64,000 bases of DNA from an uncultured delta proteobacterium (GCA_963803975.1 CAWDOY010000019.1:1-64000); one strand, 5' to 3'; counted from the stretch's first letter, positions 1 through 10,770 are shown. Numbers and translations: made by a program. Notes: generated from the letters alone by a model not told the origin.

Positions 1-37
1 ACGCTTCTCGGTTCTTATGCTTGCGACGACAATTGCC

Positions 38-66
38 TTGACACACCATAGCCTCTTGCCTATACT
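38..66 (+). promoter_or_regulatory. sigma70-type promoter
   Basis: TTGACA (38-43), 17-nt spacer, TATACT (61-66), ~40 nt upstream of the ATG at 107. Confidence 0.7.
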
Positions 67-106
67 TTTCTCATATAAGGCTCATTTCTTTCAAAAATCT
101 GTCAAA

Positions 107-363
107 ATGAAAACGCTGCAAAAACAGTCACTGCTTGCTTTTCTGCAAGGTCATAAAGAGGCAAACGAACGCATTGCTGCCGAACGCAAAATGCAACTGG
201 CGCAATTAACAGAAAATGAAAGTCTGTCCGTATATGACAATCTTTGTTACACGTGGCAGGAAACATCATGCAAGGAGGAATTGACAAGCTTGATGCGCGC
301 ATGATTTCGTTTCTTATTGCCCGCAGAAAACGTATGAACAAGCACTGTTTACCAGAGCAATGA
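107..363 (+). CDS. small hypothetical protein, putative partner/antitoxin of the downstream nucleotidyltransferase (probable frameshift near 295)
   Basis: ATG MKTLQKQSLL... downstream of the promoter; helical charged ORF; TGA at 361-363 sits 1 nt before the next ATG. Confidence 0.5.
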
Positions 364-364
364 C

Positions 365-926
365 ATGAATCTGCAATTTGAAGCCGCTCGTGAACTCCAC
401 GCATTTTTTTCATCAAATAATATCAGCTACTGTATTATTGGCGGGATAGCCCTTCAGCACTGGGGGAGCCGCCTTTTCCATGTGATGCAACAGTTCTGAT
501 TGCGTTTTGGCGAAGAAGACAAGCTGCTTAAAAAAATATTTTCTTCCTTTAAACCGCGCATTACCGATGCATTTGGCTTTACCCTTAAAAATCGCGTATG
601 TCTGGTCTCAAGCTCTCAGGGGTGCCCAATTGATATTTCCTTTGGCATCCCGGGATATGAGGATGAGGTTATACGTCGCGCTGTGGAGTGCACCATCGGA
701 GAAAATGTGGTTATTAAAATATGCTCGGCGGAGGATTTGATTATTCACAAGGCTGTTGCCGGCAGGCCCAAAGACCTTGACGATATTGAAAGTGTTATCA
801 TCCGAATGGCAAAAAAACTGGACGATGACTATATTATTTTTATGGCTTCATCAGTTTGCTGAACTGCTGGAAATGCCTGAAATAACCGATCGCTTTCAGA
901 AACCATGGAGCATGTTTAATAAATAA
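365..926 (+). CDS. nucleotidyltransferase (AbiEii/AbiGii- or DUF6036-like), frameshifted
   Basis: Joined frames give MNLQFEAAREL...YCIIGGIALQHWG..., then ...ICSAEDLIIHKAVAGRPKDLDDIE..., then WLHQFAELLEMPE...; IIGGxA and K..AGRPKD..D are typical motifs. Confidence 0.7.
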
Positions 927-1027
927 TCTTGTTCTGACTTTATAATAATAGGGAGTTGGGGAGGCACAAAGAAAAGGGGAAGCCAGTCACGAGCGACAAG
1001 ACACGAGTCACGAACCACCGCAGTGCG

Positions 1028-1673
1028 CTATATCTGCACCATGCCTTCTTTGATGGCGTAGCGGATAAGATCGGCCTGCCGGTGCAGTCTTCAGTTTGTT
1101 CATGATATTATTTCTGTGGGCGTGCACGGTGTGCAGGGACAGCTCCAGCTTTCCCGCTATCTCTTTACTGCTTAAGCCCTCTGCCATCATCTGCAGGATG
1201 CTTTTTTCCCTGCTGCTCAGTCCTGAAGCATTATTTTTATCCGCTATAGTGCCAAGAAAGCCCTCGATGACGAATGACGATATCTTTGGCGTTAAGTAGT
1301 ATCTGCCCATGTGCACTGCGCGAATTGCAGAGATTATTTCATCGGTTGCCGTCTCTTTTAAAATATAACCTTTCGCACCGCTTTGCAGAGCCTTCTCCAC
1401 ATAGGACCGGTCATCATGCATGCTTAAAATAATCACTTTACTCTCCGGGTTCCCCTTTATGAGCTGGCTGGTTGTTTCAATGCCGTTTAACAGCGGCATG
1501 GAAATATCCAGTATATAAATATCCGCGGGGTTCTTTTTTGCAATCTTCAGAACTTCATCGCCGTTTGCCGCCTCGCCGATAATTTCTATATTCTCACCTT
1601 TTTTTTCTATAATGGCTTTTATACCGTCACGAACTATGGAATGATCATCTGCGAGGATAACTTTTATTTTCAT
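1028..1673 (-). CDS. NarL/LuxR-family response regulator (REC + HTH); C-terminal frameshift
   Basis: ILADDH...LDISMP...GYILK receiver domain and LSSREKSILQ...TVHAHRNNIMNKL HTH; the expected end ADLIRYAIKEGMVQI* is in another frame and stops at 1028. Confidence 0.9.
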
Positions 1674-4600
1674 GACTTTTTCCCCTTCCGTTTAGGAATC
1701 GTTATATGCAGCGTGGTGCCTTTTTGCGGGGCTGATTCTATGATAAGAGTGCCGCCCAAACGCCGCAATCCGCTCGCGCATCCCCTGAATGCCGATTTTG
1801 GTTGCCATCCGTGATGGAGCGGTGAGCGACTCAGGGTTAAAACCCCGGCCATTGTCCGCGATTTCAAACAATATATTGCTTTTCTCTTCATGGAGCCGTA
1901 TGGACACGGCTTTTGCTTTAGCATGTTTGACAACATTATTCAAGGCTTCCTGCGCGGTGCGGTACAATACGATCGCCGCGGCATCATCAATTTTTTTGTC
2001 CGCCACCTCGGCGCTGAAATCAATGACGATGTTAGTCTGCCGCGCGATGTCCAGGAAGAAATTTTTAAGCGCGTTTGACAGGCCGACAATATCCAGGTTC
2101 GGCGGCCGCAGGTCAATGGCTATCTTTTTTAAATTATCTACCGCCTGCTTCAGCGCGGTCTCTGTGAGCTCGATGCTTTTCAGCGCGGGGTCAAGGCTGT
2201 TTTCAATAATATCTTCTTTGGCGATGGCGAGGCCGGAGCTGATGGCAATCACCATCGATCCGATCTCGTCGTGCAGCGCGCTGGAGATGTTTTTTTTCTC
2301 CTCCTCGCGGATCGATAATATCCTGCCGGAAAAGGCCTTGAGACTTTTTTCTGAATTTTTAAGCTTCAGCTGGTGCTGTTTGAGGTCCTCTAAAACCTTT
2401 TTGCGCTCCTCCTCAATGCTGATGGCTTTTGTCAGGATAGAAAAAATATTCAGCTCGTTAGGGCTGAATGTCTTCGGCTCCCGATATGCAACGTTCAAGC
2501 TCCCGATGAGTGTATCCCCCAGCTTAATAGGGGTAGCGATAAAATCTTTAAAGCCCAGTTGCAGCATGGGCGAATTTTCAGGAATACGCCGTCGCTCTTT
2601 AGGATTGTTTATTACAAACGGGCCGTCGCCATAGTGGGCGCAGAGCTCATCAAAGCGGCGCGCACTGAGCTGTGGAGCACGCATGTATTCCGCCGGGAGG
2701 TTCCATGAGGCTGCTATATGCAGAAGATCGCCTCTTTTCTTATGGTATGATGCGCTGGCTCCATCAAAAATTGTTCCGGCAGCCTCGATGATGAGCTGGA
2801 TGTTTGTATCGGGGTCAGCGGAGAAACTGAGCAGGCAGTCGTTTACCTTTTTTATCAGATCCTCGGCGCGCTTCCTCTCGGTATTATCGCGGATAAGAGA
2901 GGTGATAAAAACCCCATCGCTGGTTTTCCATAACGATGCTGAGCCCTCGACAGGAAATTCGCTGCCGTCTTTTCTGCGCGCGTTCAGCTCCTCGTGTGAG
3001 ACGATCACCCCGGGCTTGCGTTCCGCCAGAAATGTGGTGAACTGCTGCCAGTGAGATTCCTGCAGCTGCTCGGGCATAATGTGTATGAATGGCTTGTTCA
3101 GCATTTCACCTGCGGTATAGCCGAAGATCTTTTCCGCCGCCCTGTTCCACAGGACAATGTTGCCGCTGCTGTCCGCGGTTACGATGGCATCGGAAGCATT
3201 TTCAATGACCGAGCGCAACTGTTCTTCATTCCTGCGCAGGGCTTCTTCGGCCCGCTTGTGTTCGGTTACATCTTCTACCGTGCAGATCATCCCGTCAAAA
3301 ACGCCGTCTGTTTACCAGGGGCACCAGCCAGCCTGACTGGAGGGTGTGTCGTCCCGACAGGGTGACAATCGGAACCGAGTCGTAGTAAACGGGCGTAACT
3401 GTGTCCCGGGCCCTGAGATAGTGGGGGGCAAAAAAACGGAGCGTTTCTTCACTAAAACACGATAAAATATTTCCGCTCGGCCACTGTTCACGCGGAATGC
3501 CGGCAATTTTTTCCATGCCCTTATTCAAATAGGAAAGGCAATCATCTTTATCAGTCACCACAACGCCAGTGCCAATATTTTCAAGAATGGTTTGATAAAA
3601 CTCTTTGTTTTTAATCAAGAGTTCTTCAGCGGCCTTGCGCTCGGTGATGTCGCGGACCGTGGTGGTAATAAATGCGCCATCGCTGGTTTTCCAGAGCGCT
3701 GCCGAACCCTCGGTGGGAAATTCGCTGCCATCTTTTCTGCGCCCGCGTAATTCAGATTTTGTTGATTATTACTCCGGCATGGGCCGCCGACAGCAGTTCA
3801 GTAAATTTTTGCTCGTGGGGCCCTCTCAGCTGTTCGGGAACCATGGCGAGAAATGGCGTGTGCAGGGCCTCGGCGGCGGTATAACCGTAGATATGTTTCA
3901 GCCCCTTTGTTCCACAGGACGATGTTGCCGCTGCTGTCAGCGGTTACGATGGCATCGGAGGAAGTTTCGATGACCGAACGAAACTGCTCTTCGCTTCTGC
4001 GCAGTGCGTCCTCTGTTTTTTGTCGTTCCTCAATTTCCTGCTGCAGCTGAAGGTTGAGGGCGGTCAGCTCGGCGGTACGAGCAGCTACCAGTTCCTCAAG
4101 GTGCAGGCGATAGGTAGCAAGCTCCGCCGCTGCAGCTTTGCGTTCAGTGATATCACGCACTATCCCCAGTATCACCCGTTTCCCGGCGTATTCAATAAAT
4201 CTGCCGCTGATATCCGCCGGAACGAACGTGCCGTCTTTTTTTAGCAGCGGCACGTCATGAAGTGCCCAGGTTCCCTGCGGCAGGAGTGTTTCGGTAACCA
4301 GAGCGATAACACTGTTTCGTTCCTGCTCCGGGTGCAGGGCGGCAAAGTTCATGCCCGTCAAGCTCTCGGGCAGTATAGCCCAGCAGGGCTCTCCGCCTGC
4401 TTGTTTGCTTCAAAGATGATTCCCTTATCATCAGCCAGCAGTATGGCGTCGGTTGAATCATTCAGCAGGGTGCGGTATTTTTCTTCCGATTCCCGCAGGG
4501 CGATTTTGCATTTGTCTTTGGGCGGTAATGTCATTGCCCGACTGACACAGGAATTCATACGCATTTCTCATCCTCATCGCAGATCGCCTTGTTTGTCCAT

Positions 4601-5373
4601 GACATCCACAGCCTTCTGCCGTCCTTGCGTATATTTTCGTTTTCATTTCTGGCATAGAGTTCCGGATTTGCGATAACATCATTAAGCATTGTAGCGAGAT
4701 TTCTGCCTGATGAATCAATCTCCGGCAGGATTGTGTTACCAGCAGATTGGCCGACGAGTTCTTCACGGGAATACCCGAACAGGAGCTCAGTAAATTTATT
4801 GCAAAAAGTAATGCGCCCCTGAGTGTCAAAGCGCAGAATGGCACTGTTGGCGCTTTCTACCAGCTCACGGTACTGTGCTTCGCTTTCCCGTAAAGCTGCT
4901 TCAGCCTGCTTGCGTTTGGAAATATCGCGGACAATACCACAGAAATGAAACCGGTCATTTTCTTTCCAGCAGATGGTGGTAACTTCAGCAGGAAATACCT
5001 CCCCGTTTTTTTTAAGGGCGACCTCTTCAACTGCTCTTCCGATAAAGAGCGTATTGCCGGTCGTTAAGAACAGCTCCCTTCTGGCGCGCGCATCGGACCT
5101 GAACTGTTCCGGTCTTAAAATCTCCGCGTTTTTTCCTGTCACCTCATCCGCGGTATAGCCAAACGTCTTTTCAGCTGCAGGCGTCCAGAAAATAATTTTC
5201 CCGTCTTCATCGGTTATAATAACCGGATCAATCAGGGCCTGCGCAATGGCGCTGAGACGAAGCTCGCTTTTCTGCTGTGCGTTTTCAGTTTGCTGAACAT
5301 GATTGACCTTCCGGCGCAGCTCTGCAAGCTCTGCTATGAGCTGCTCTTTTGTTTTGTCCTGGTCGGGGATCAT
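1670..5373 (-). CDS. cytoplasmic sensor histidine kinase (6 PAS + GAF + HisKA_3 + HATPase), split by several frameshifts
   Basis: Consecutive ORF fragments each carry PAS motifs (DAIVTADSSGNIVLWN, RKDGSEFP); REEEKKNISSALHDEIG H-box; EALNNVVKHA and DNGRGF ATPase motifs; ATG at 5373 with GGAGA RBS; overlaps the regulator start. Confidence 0.85.
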
Positions 5374-5509
5374 AGATGTCTCCAGAAAAACGTGAAAATA
5401 AGTTGCGCGGCCGTCAGGCTTTACTGTCTCTCGTATGACCGGGCATAGTGATGTCGCAGGCTGAAGCCTGCGGTTACCGGGCATAGTGTCGATTTATTAT
5501 TGTCCTTCA

Positions 5510-6139
5510 TTATACATGCTTTTCGTCGTTAATGGCTTTTTGAGTAAAAGAACTCTTTACCAGGGGGGCCAAGAGCAGGCCGATACATTTATAGCCGGCA
5601 ACAGATAAATGCACCCCATCGCCTGAGTCATAGATATTTCGCAGGTAACCGTGTTCATCCTGCAGCGCTGCAAACCAGTCAGCAAAAAGAACATCCGGGT
5701 GGTGCTCTGCATAGATTTTTATTTTATTGTTGAGCGCTTCAACCTTTGTTTCATAGCCGTCAATGCTAATGGGCGGGATGCCCGGGGCAATAACCGGAAG
5801 GCCTTTTATTCTGCACGCTTCATAGCCCGCCTGGAGGTTATTAAAAATCTGCGTTTCCTCGATCATGCCGAGATCGTTGGTTCCACCGGCAAGTATGACC
5901 AGATTGAATGATGACGTTTTCAGGGCATGCTGAAGCCTTATGACAATACCGCGAGCGGTATCACCGCACATGCCTTCATTGATGAGCTGACAATCAGCAT
6001 CAGGGTGTATGCGCAGCAATTCCTGCTTAAGCCAGAACTGATATGATGACTCGGGATTGCCGCCCATCATGGGGTCATAACAGGGGAAGCCGGCAGTATG
6101 GGAATCTCCGATACACAAAACAATATATGATTGCGCCAT
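5510..6139 (-). CDS. SGNH/GDSL-family hydrolase
   Basis: GDSHT block I, GGTND block III, DGVH block V. Confidence 0.85.
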   Translation of the reverse strand: MAQSYIVLCIGDSHTAGFPCYDPMMGGNPESSYQFWLKQELLRIHPDADCQLINEGMCGDTARGIVIRLQHALKTSSFNLVILAGGTNDLGMIEETQIFNNLQAGYEACRIKGLPVIAPGIPPISIDGYETKVEALNNKIKIYAEHHPDVLFADWFAALQDEHGYLRNIYDSGDGVHLSVAGYKCIGLLLAPLVKSSFTQKAINDEKHV

Positions 6140-6204
6140 ATGTATTTTGAAAATAGCAGATTATTGCTTCGCGGTTGGTGATGGATGGCATAGTAGCACA
6201 CGCT

Positions 6205-6285
6205 GTTGAAAAACACGTCTGCTTGTTGCGCTACCCCCCTGCTTGGCAGGGGGGATGAAGGGGGGTGTCATTGCGACGTACGGTA
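6205..6285. repeat. partial copy of the MITE-like element at 12377-12516, interrupted by a GC hairpin
   Basis: GTTGAAAAACAC..CTGCTT(C)GTTGCGCT and CATTGCGACGTACGGTA are shared with 12377-12434. Confidence 0.65.
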
Positions 6286-6460
6286 AAAGCACACACGGCC
6301 CGGGTTTACAATCTATAGCCACACCGGGCTTGACTCGCCGGGTGCTTTTGTTTATTGTCAGAAAAAGTTAAAGGTAAGAGTAGGTGAAGAGGTAAAAGGT
6401 GAACGGTAAAGAGGCAACCCGCCTTCGCACGAGGCTGCGGCGGGCGAGCAGGCACCCCTC

Positions 6461-6522
6461 GAGCGCTTCGGCGTGAGCTCCCTGGGTCTGAGCCCAGGGT
6501 GAAGACAGGGCCGAACGGCTCG
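6461..6522. repeat. dispersed palindromic repeat, copy 1
   Basis: TTCGGC..GAGCTCCCT.GGGTCTGAGCC.CAGGGT.GAAGACA.GGCCGA matches 47838-47909. Confidence 0.7.
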
Positions 6523-6611
6523 GAGCCTACAGGGTCACGATCAGGCTAAAAGGTTAAGGAGGTGAGGCGGTTCGACTGCGTCTCATCCCGATCAAACGGC
6601 GAGAGGTGAAG

Positions 6612-7458
6612 ATGACCGTAGAAGAATTGAAAAACAAACGCATAGGGGTTGTCTTTTCTTCCGGCTTTTTCGGGTTTTTTGCCCATGCCGGCTGTCTCAA
6701 GGCACTTGAAGAGCTGGGGGTCAAGCCGGTCGGGTACGCGGGCACCAGTTCCGGTGCAATTATCGCAGCGTTTGCCGCCGCCGGGCTGAGCGCAGAGCGT
6801 ATCAGCGCTATTCTGTTTAATCTCAGGAAACAGGACTTCTGGGACCCGGAGCCGTGGTACAAAACAGCAGTGAGCGCTTTGAAGCTTTTCCGTGGCTCGC
6901 TTGGTTATCTGGAAGGGAGAACGGTTCCGGAATTTAGTAGAGAACAACCTGCCGGTAAAGCAGTTTCAGGAATTGAAAACCCCTTGTGTGATTGTCGGAG
7001 CAAACATTACTAAAAAGAGACGGGAAGTATTCACCTCGGGAAGTATCAGTGACGCGGTGCAGGCTTCAGGCACCATTCCCTGGACGTTTAAAATGAAAAA
7101 GATAGGGGAGGACTATTTTCTGGACGGGGGGCTGATCGATAAAGCACCCCTTGACGCGCTGCGGGCGCATGTTCCGGTTGACGTGATCCTGGTCCATTAT
7201 ATTACTTCCCAGGAGCTGAACGAAAGCAGTAATTCCTTTTTACTGAAAAAATTCTCTCCGCAGCGGGCATACGGCCTCTCGATAAGTATTGCCCGCCATG
7301 AACACTACCAGGCGCAGAAGAAGCTTGCAGAGCAGCAGGGGGTAATGGTAATAGAGCTGAAACCGGATCTTCCCCCGGTGACGCCGGACTCTCTGCAAAA
7401 GGGGAGGGAGGCGTTTAATATATCTTATAAATATGTAATAAAAGATTTAGGAGTGTAA
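6612..7458 (+). CDS. patatin-like phospholipase, one frameshift near 6920
   Basis: SSGFFGFFAHAG, GTSSG nucleophile elbow, DGG motif in the second fragment. Confidence 0.85.
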
Positions 7459-7500
7459 GGAGTTGAGGAGTTGAAGAGGTAAAGAGGTGAAGAGCTAAAG
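7445..7500 (+). repeat. purine-rich degenerate octamer array, left arm
   Basis: AGGAGTGT AAGGAGTT GAGGAGTT GAAGAGGT AAAGAGGT GAAGAGCT. Confidence 0.75.
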
Positions 7501-7870
7501 ATTGAACGGTTTGAAGACATACAGGCCTGGCAGAAGGCAGAGAGTTAAATGCATTATATAATATTTAAAGCTTTCAGGGATTTGCATAAAGATTTTTCGG
7601 ATTGAGTGATCAAATCAGGACGATCTCAATTTCTATATTCCGGCAAATATTGCAGAAGGATATGGAACGAAAAAGCAAACAAAGAATTCGCAAATTTTTT
7701 AAATATGGCTCAGGGTTCATGCAGCTGAAGTCAATGCTCATATATATAGTGCCATTGAGATCGGAATTATATAAAGTCACAGAGCGATTTTACAAATAAT
7801 GTACGATAAAGTTGAGGAAGTTTCGAAAGTATGATACAGAGGTTTAATGAATTATTTAAATAACTTTTAA
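7495..7870 (+). pseudogene. four-helix-bundle protein (23S rRNA IVP/bAvd-like family), heavily frameshifted
   Basis: Across frames: KIERFEDIQAWQKA, GLSDQIR, IPANIAEG, KEFANFLNMAQGS, MYDKVEEVSK, GLMNYL; these are recognisable family motifs. Confidence 0.8.
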
Positions 7871-7907
7871 CTCCTTAACTCCTCAACTCCTTAAACTCTT
7901 TAACTCA
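7861..7907 (-). repeat. pyrimidine-rich octamer array, right arm, inverted relative to 7445-7500
   Basis: TAACTTT TAACTCCT TAACTCCT CAACTCCT TAAACTCTT TAACTC. Confidence 0.75.
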
Positions 7908-7917
7908 AGGAGCCTTT

Positions 7918-8712
7918 ATGATCATCGATATTCACAACCACCTTACTGTTAAGCACAGCCCGTTCTATCTCCCGGCTGAAGAATACCTGGAGGTTATGGA
8001 TGAGCTGGGCGTTGATAAGACCGTTATTCTGGGGAAGGATTACGGGTTCCTGGGCGACCGTCAGAACTCAAATCTTCCTGATGCGGAAACAGCGGAGTTT
8101 GTAAAGGCTCATCCCGACCGCTTTATCGGCTTCAGCGCCGCCCATCCTGACCGGACTGAAAAGGAAAACCTGGAGCGCATAGAGCGGGCCGTGAATGACT
8201 ATGGCATGAAGGGGATCAAGCTCAACCCGGCATCCGGCTTTTATCCGAATGACCAGCGGCTCTATCCCGTGTATGACAAATGTTTAAGCCTGCAGATTCC
8301 CGTCATGGTCCACATGGGCATTAAACCGCCTTCTGAAGGCAACCGGATGAAATACTGCCATCCGCTCTATCTCGATGACATCGCGGTGGACTTCCCCGAT
8401 CTGACCGTCATCATTGCCCACTCCGGCTATCCCTGGATCGAGGATACGATAACCGTGAGCCTTTACACACAAACTTTTGTCGCCGATATCTCGACGCTTA
8501 ATCAGCTGGAGGAGGTCATGGGCTGCGAGGTGGTGGTGCCGACGCTGAAGCGGCTGACCGCCTCTCTTGGCGCCAGCCGCGTGGTATTAGGCTCTGATGG
8601 GATTTTTAATCTTGAAGCACTTATCAGCGCAGTCAGGAATGCGCCTTTTCTCTCTGATGCCGACAAGGAAAGAATCTTATGGAAAAATGCAACGGAAATT
8701 TTAAAATTATAG
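7918..8712 (+). CDS. amidohydrolase family protein (Amidohydro_2)
   Basis: IIDIHNH metal motif, GIKL, HMG, IIAHSGYPW, LGSD; AAGGAG RBS. Confidence 0.85.
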   Translation: MIIDIHNHLTVKHSPFYLPAEEYLEVMDELGVDKTVILGKDYGFLGDRQNSNLPDAETAEFVKAHPDRFIGFSAAHPDRTEKENLERIERAVNDYGMKGIKLNPASGFYPNDQRLYPVYDKCLSLQIPVMVHMGIKPPSEGNRMKYCHPLYLDDIAVDFPDLTVIIAHSGYPWIEDTITVSLYTQTFVADISTLNQLEEVMGCEVVVPTLKRLTASLGASRVVLGSDGIFNLEALISAVRNAPFLSDADKERILWKNATEILKL

Positions 8713-8713
8713 C

Positions 8714-9190
8714 TTACTCGTCCCGGTGCCAGTGCACCCTGATATATTTTTCTCCCTCAGGGTACCGGAAGTTAAGCTCTCCTTTGCACGCGGCATGTAT
8801 GGCTTCTCCAATGCGGCGCGCAATGTGCTCGTAGGTGGTCTTAATAGTTATCTTGTTGTTGTTATCTGCAATATCAATTATTCTCTCTAATGGTCTGTAG
8901 TTACGCTCATTATTTTCAGTGTTTTTTACAATGTTAAGAATTTCCTGCTTATGCTTTGATAAGAATTCACCCTCTAAAAATATAACCCCGCCTTCATATT
9001 TCTCTGCTATCCTTTTGCACGCGGGACACAGAAATTTTGCCGCGTTTGCAGGAGCTTTTTTAAGCCACTCAAAATTGCCGTTATGAAATACCACGCTGCA
9101 TTTTTCACATACCGAAGGATCAGGACAATTTTCTTTCAAAAAATATGGGTCATGGTTATGCTCCTGGATGAGTTTATTCATTTTTGCCAT
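8714..9190 (-). CDS. BCAM0308-like CxxC zinc-ribbon protein
   Basis: HDPY...CEKC...CPACKRI...RPLERI...TTYEHIARRIGEAIH...RVHWHR pattern. Confidence 0.7.
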   Translation of the reverse strand: MAKMNKLIQEHNHDPYFLKENCPDPSVCEKCSVVFHNGNFEWLKKAPANAAKFLCPACKRIAEKYEGGVIFLEGEFLSKHKQEILNIVKNTENNERNYRPLERIIDIADNNNKITIKTTYEHIARRIGEAIHAACKGELNFRYPEGEKYIRVHWHRDE

Positions 9191-9351
9191 AAACTTTCTC
9201 TCCTTTTTATCAAGGTTTATGAATTGAGAAGTTTATACTAATGTTCACTGATTATTTATAGCATTGGTCTGTTAATAACATGAGTTTAAAAATATAGCAG
9301 TAAAAAAGTTGTAAAATAGGTAAAGAGGTGCAAAGGTGAAGGGGCAACAGT

Positions 9352-9531
9352 TTGAAGATTGAGAGGTTTTGAAAAAACGTGTCAATTCAAAAGGTTCCTC
9401 ATGTTAACTAAGGCTTCAGTTATATATTGGCATGGTAATTTTATATTTGGACAAGGGGCAGGGCATTATCTTGATTGAAAAGGCGAAAGAAATATCTTAT
9501 TGTTTACTGGTCTGATTAAAAAACGAAAAAC
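9352..9531 (+). pseudogene. internally deleted four-helix-bundle gene remnant
   Basis: TTG-KIERF start, SKGSSC*LRLQLYIG (family AKGSxxELxTQLYIA), LIEKAKEISY..FTGLIKK end; flanked by octamer arms at 9301-9350 and 9531-9590. Confidence 0.6.
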
Positions 9532-9603
9532 CTTTTGGCCTTTTTACCTCTTACCCTTTTGACCGTAGAATAACTCTTACTCCTCAACTCATTGGAGATT
9601 TTG

Positions 9604-10668
9604 GTGAATAATAAGCATGGCGGTACTATTTATACCATCGCCCGCCAGATGGGAATAGAACCTTCGGAACTTCTTGACTTCAGCGCCAGTATAAACCCCC
9701 TCGGGTTTTCACCGCGCGTTAAGAGGGCTCTGAGGGGACACGATGACGCCATTCTTCATTACCCTGACCAGGAAGCCCACGATTTTATACAGGAGCTTGC
9801 CGGATACCACCGGCTTCCGGCGGCCAATATTATTGCCGGCAATGGCTCAACTGAGCTTATTTTTCTGCTGCCCAGGGTTTTAAAAAACAAGAAAGTATTG
9901 CTGGTTGTGCCCACATTTTCAGAATATGAATCAAGCATCAGGAAGGCGGGCGGAAAAGTCTTCTATTTCAGGACAACCGAGAAGGAGCAATTTTCCATTC
10001 AGCCACAGGATGTATTGAAAGAGCTGCAGAAAGGCTATGATGCGCTCTATATCTGCAACCCCAATAACCCGACAGGGGTGCTGACCTCAAAAGAAGTGCT
10101 GAAGGATATTGCGCAGAGTGTGCGGCAACGATCGACCGCGGTTATCATTGACGAGACATTCATTGATTTTGATGAAAACCAGTCTCTTAAATATGAAACA
10201 AAAGAGCTTGAAAATATTTATATTTTACGGTCCATGACGAAATTTTTCGCGCTCCCGGGACTCCGGGCCGGTTACCTTATTTCCGCAGCAGGTAATATTA
10301 AAAAGCTTCGCGAGCAGCAGGAGCCATGGACCATGAATGCTCTTGCCCAGTATGCGGGTGTTGAGAGCCTCAGAGACAAAGATTATATCCAGAGGTCATT
10401 GCACTATATGAAAACAGCACGGCATGAGCTTGCTGCCGGGCTGCAGAGAATTCCCTGTTTGAAAGTCTTTGCGAGCGGGGCAAATTACCTGTTGATCAAA
10501 CTGCTTGAACCAGCCCCGCTGAGTGTTTCCGGGCTTTATAACAAGCTTTTATTAGAGGAGAGGATTATTATCAGGAAATGTAATACGTTTCAGGGAATGG
10601 GTGATAGTTATTTCCGTATTGCAGTAAGAAAGAAATGTGAAAACAAAATGTTGATTGGAAAAGCTTAG
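9604..10668 (+). CDS. cobD: L-threonine-O-3-phosphate decarboxylase (PLP aminotransferase class I/II)
   Basis: HGG start, LDFSASINPLG, GNGSTELI, CNPNNPTG, DETFIDF, RSMTKFFALPGLRAGY. Confidence 0.85.
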   Translation: MNNKHGGTIYTIARQMGIEPSELLDFSASINPLGFSPRVKRALRGHDDAILHYPDQEAHDFIQELAGYHRLPAANIIAGNGSTELIFLLPRVLKNKKVLLVVPTFSEYESSIRKAGGKVFYFRTTEKEQFSIQPQDVLKELQKGYDALYICNPNNPTGVLTSKEVLKDIAQSVRQRSTAVIIDETFIDFDENQSLKYETKELENIYILRSMTKFFALPGLRAGYLISAAGNIKKLREQQEPWTMNALAQYAGVESLRDKDYIQRSLHYMKTARHELAAGLQRIPCLKVFASGANYLLIKLLEPAPLSVSGLYNKLLLEERIIIRKCNTFQGMGDSYFRIAVRKKCENKMLIGKA

Positions 10669-10680
10669 TAAAATACTGCA

Positions 10681-10768
10681 AGTAGGCGAAGAGGTGAAAA
10701 GGTAAAGAGGCGAATAGGGAGTGAAGAGTCGGTAACGGGAAAGGAAGTTAGCCTTTTAACCTTTTGTT
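10681..10768. repeat. octamer array with short inverted arm and no cargo
   Basis: GAAGAGGT GAAAAGGT AAAGAGGC GAATAGGG ... CCTTTTAACCTTTT between convergent genes. Confidence 0.55.
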
Positions 10769-10770
10769 GA

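Noticed and set aside
1789..2634. Long antisense ORFs (e.g. 1789-2634, 11797-12339, 24714-25298, 58845-59468)
   Set aside because: They are shadows of well-supported genes on the opposite strand and have no motifs of their own.
7495..7870. Diversity-generating retroelement (Avd-like gene)
   Set aside because: No reverse transcriptase and no TR/VR pair with adenine-specific mismatches was seen; the FGE-fold gene at 19862 has no visible template repeat.
9190..9604. Cobalamin riboswitch upstream of cobD
   Set aside because: No B12-box or conserved core was recognised; the region is explained by octamer arms and the four-helix-bundle remnant.
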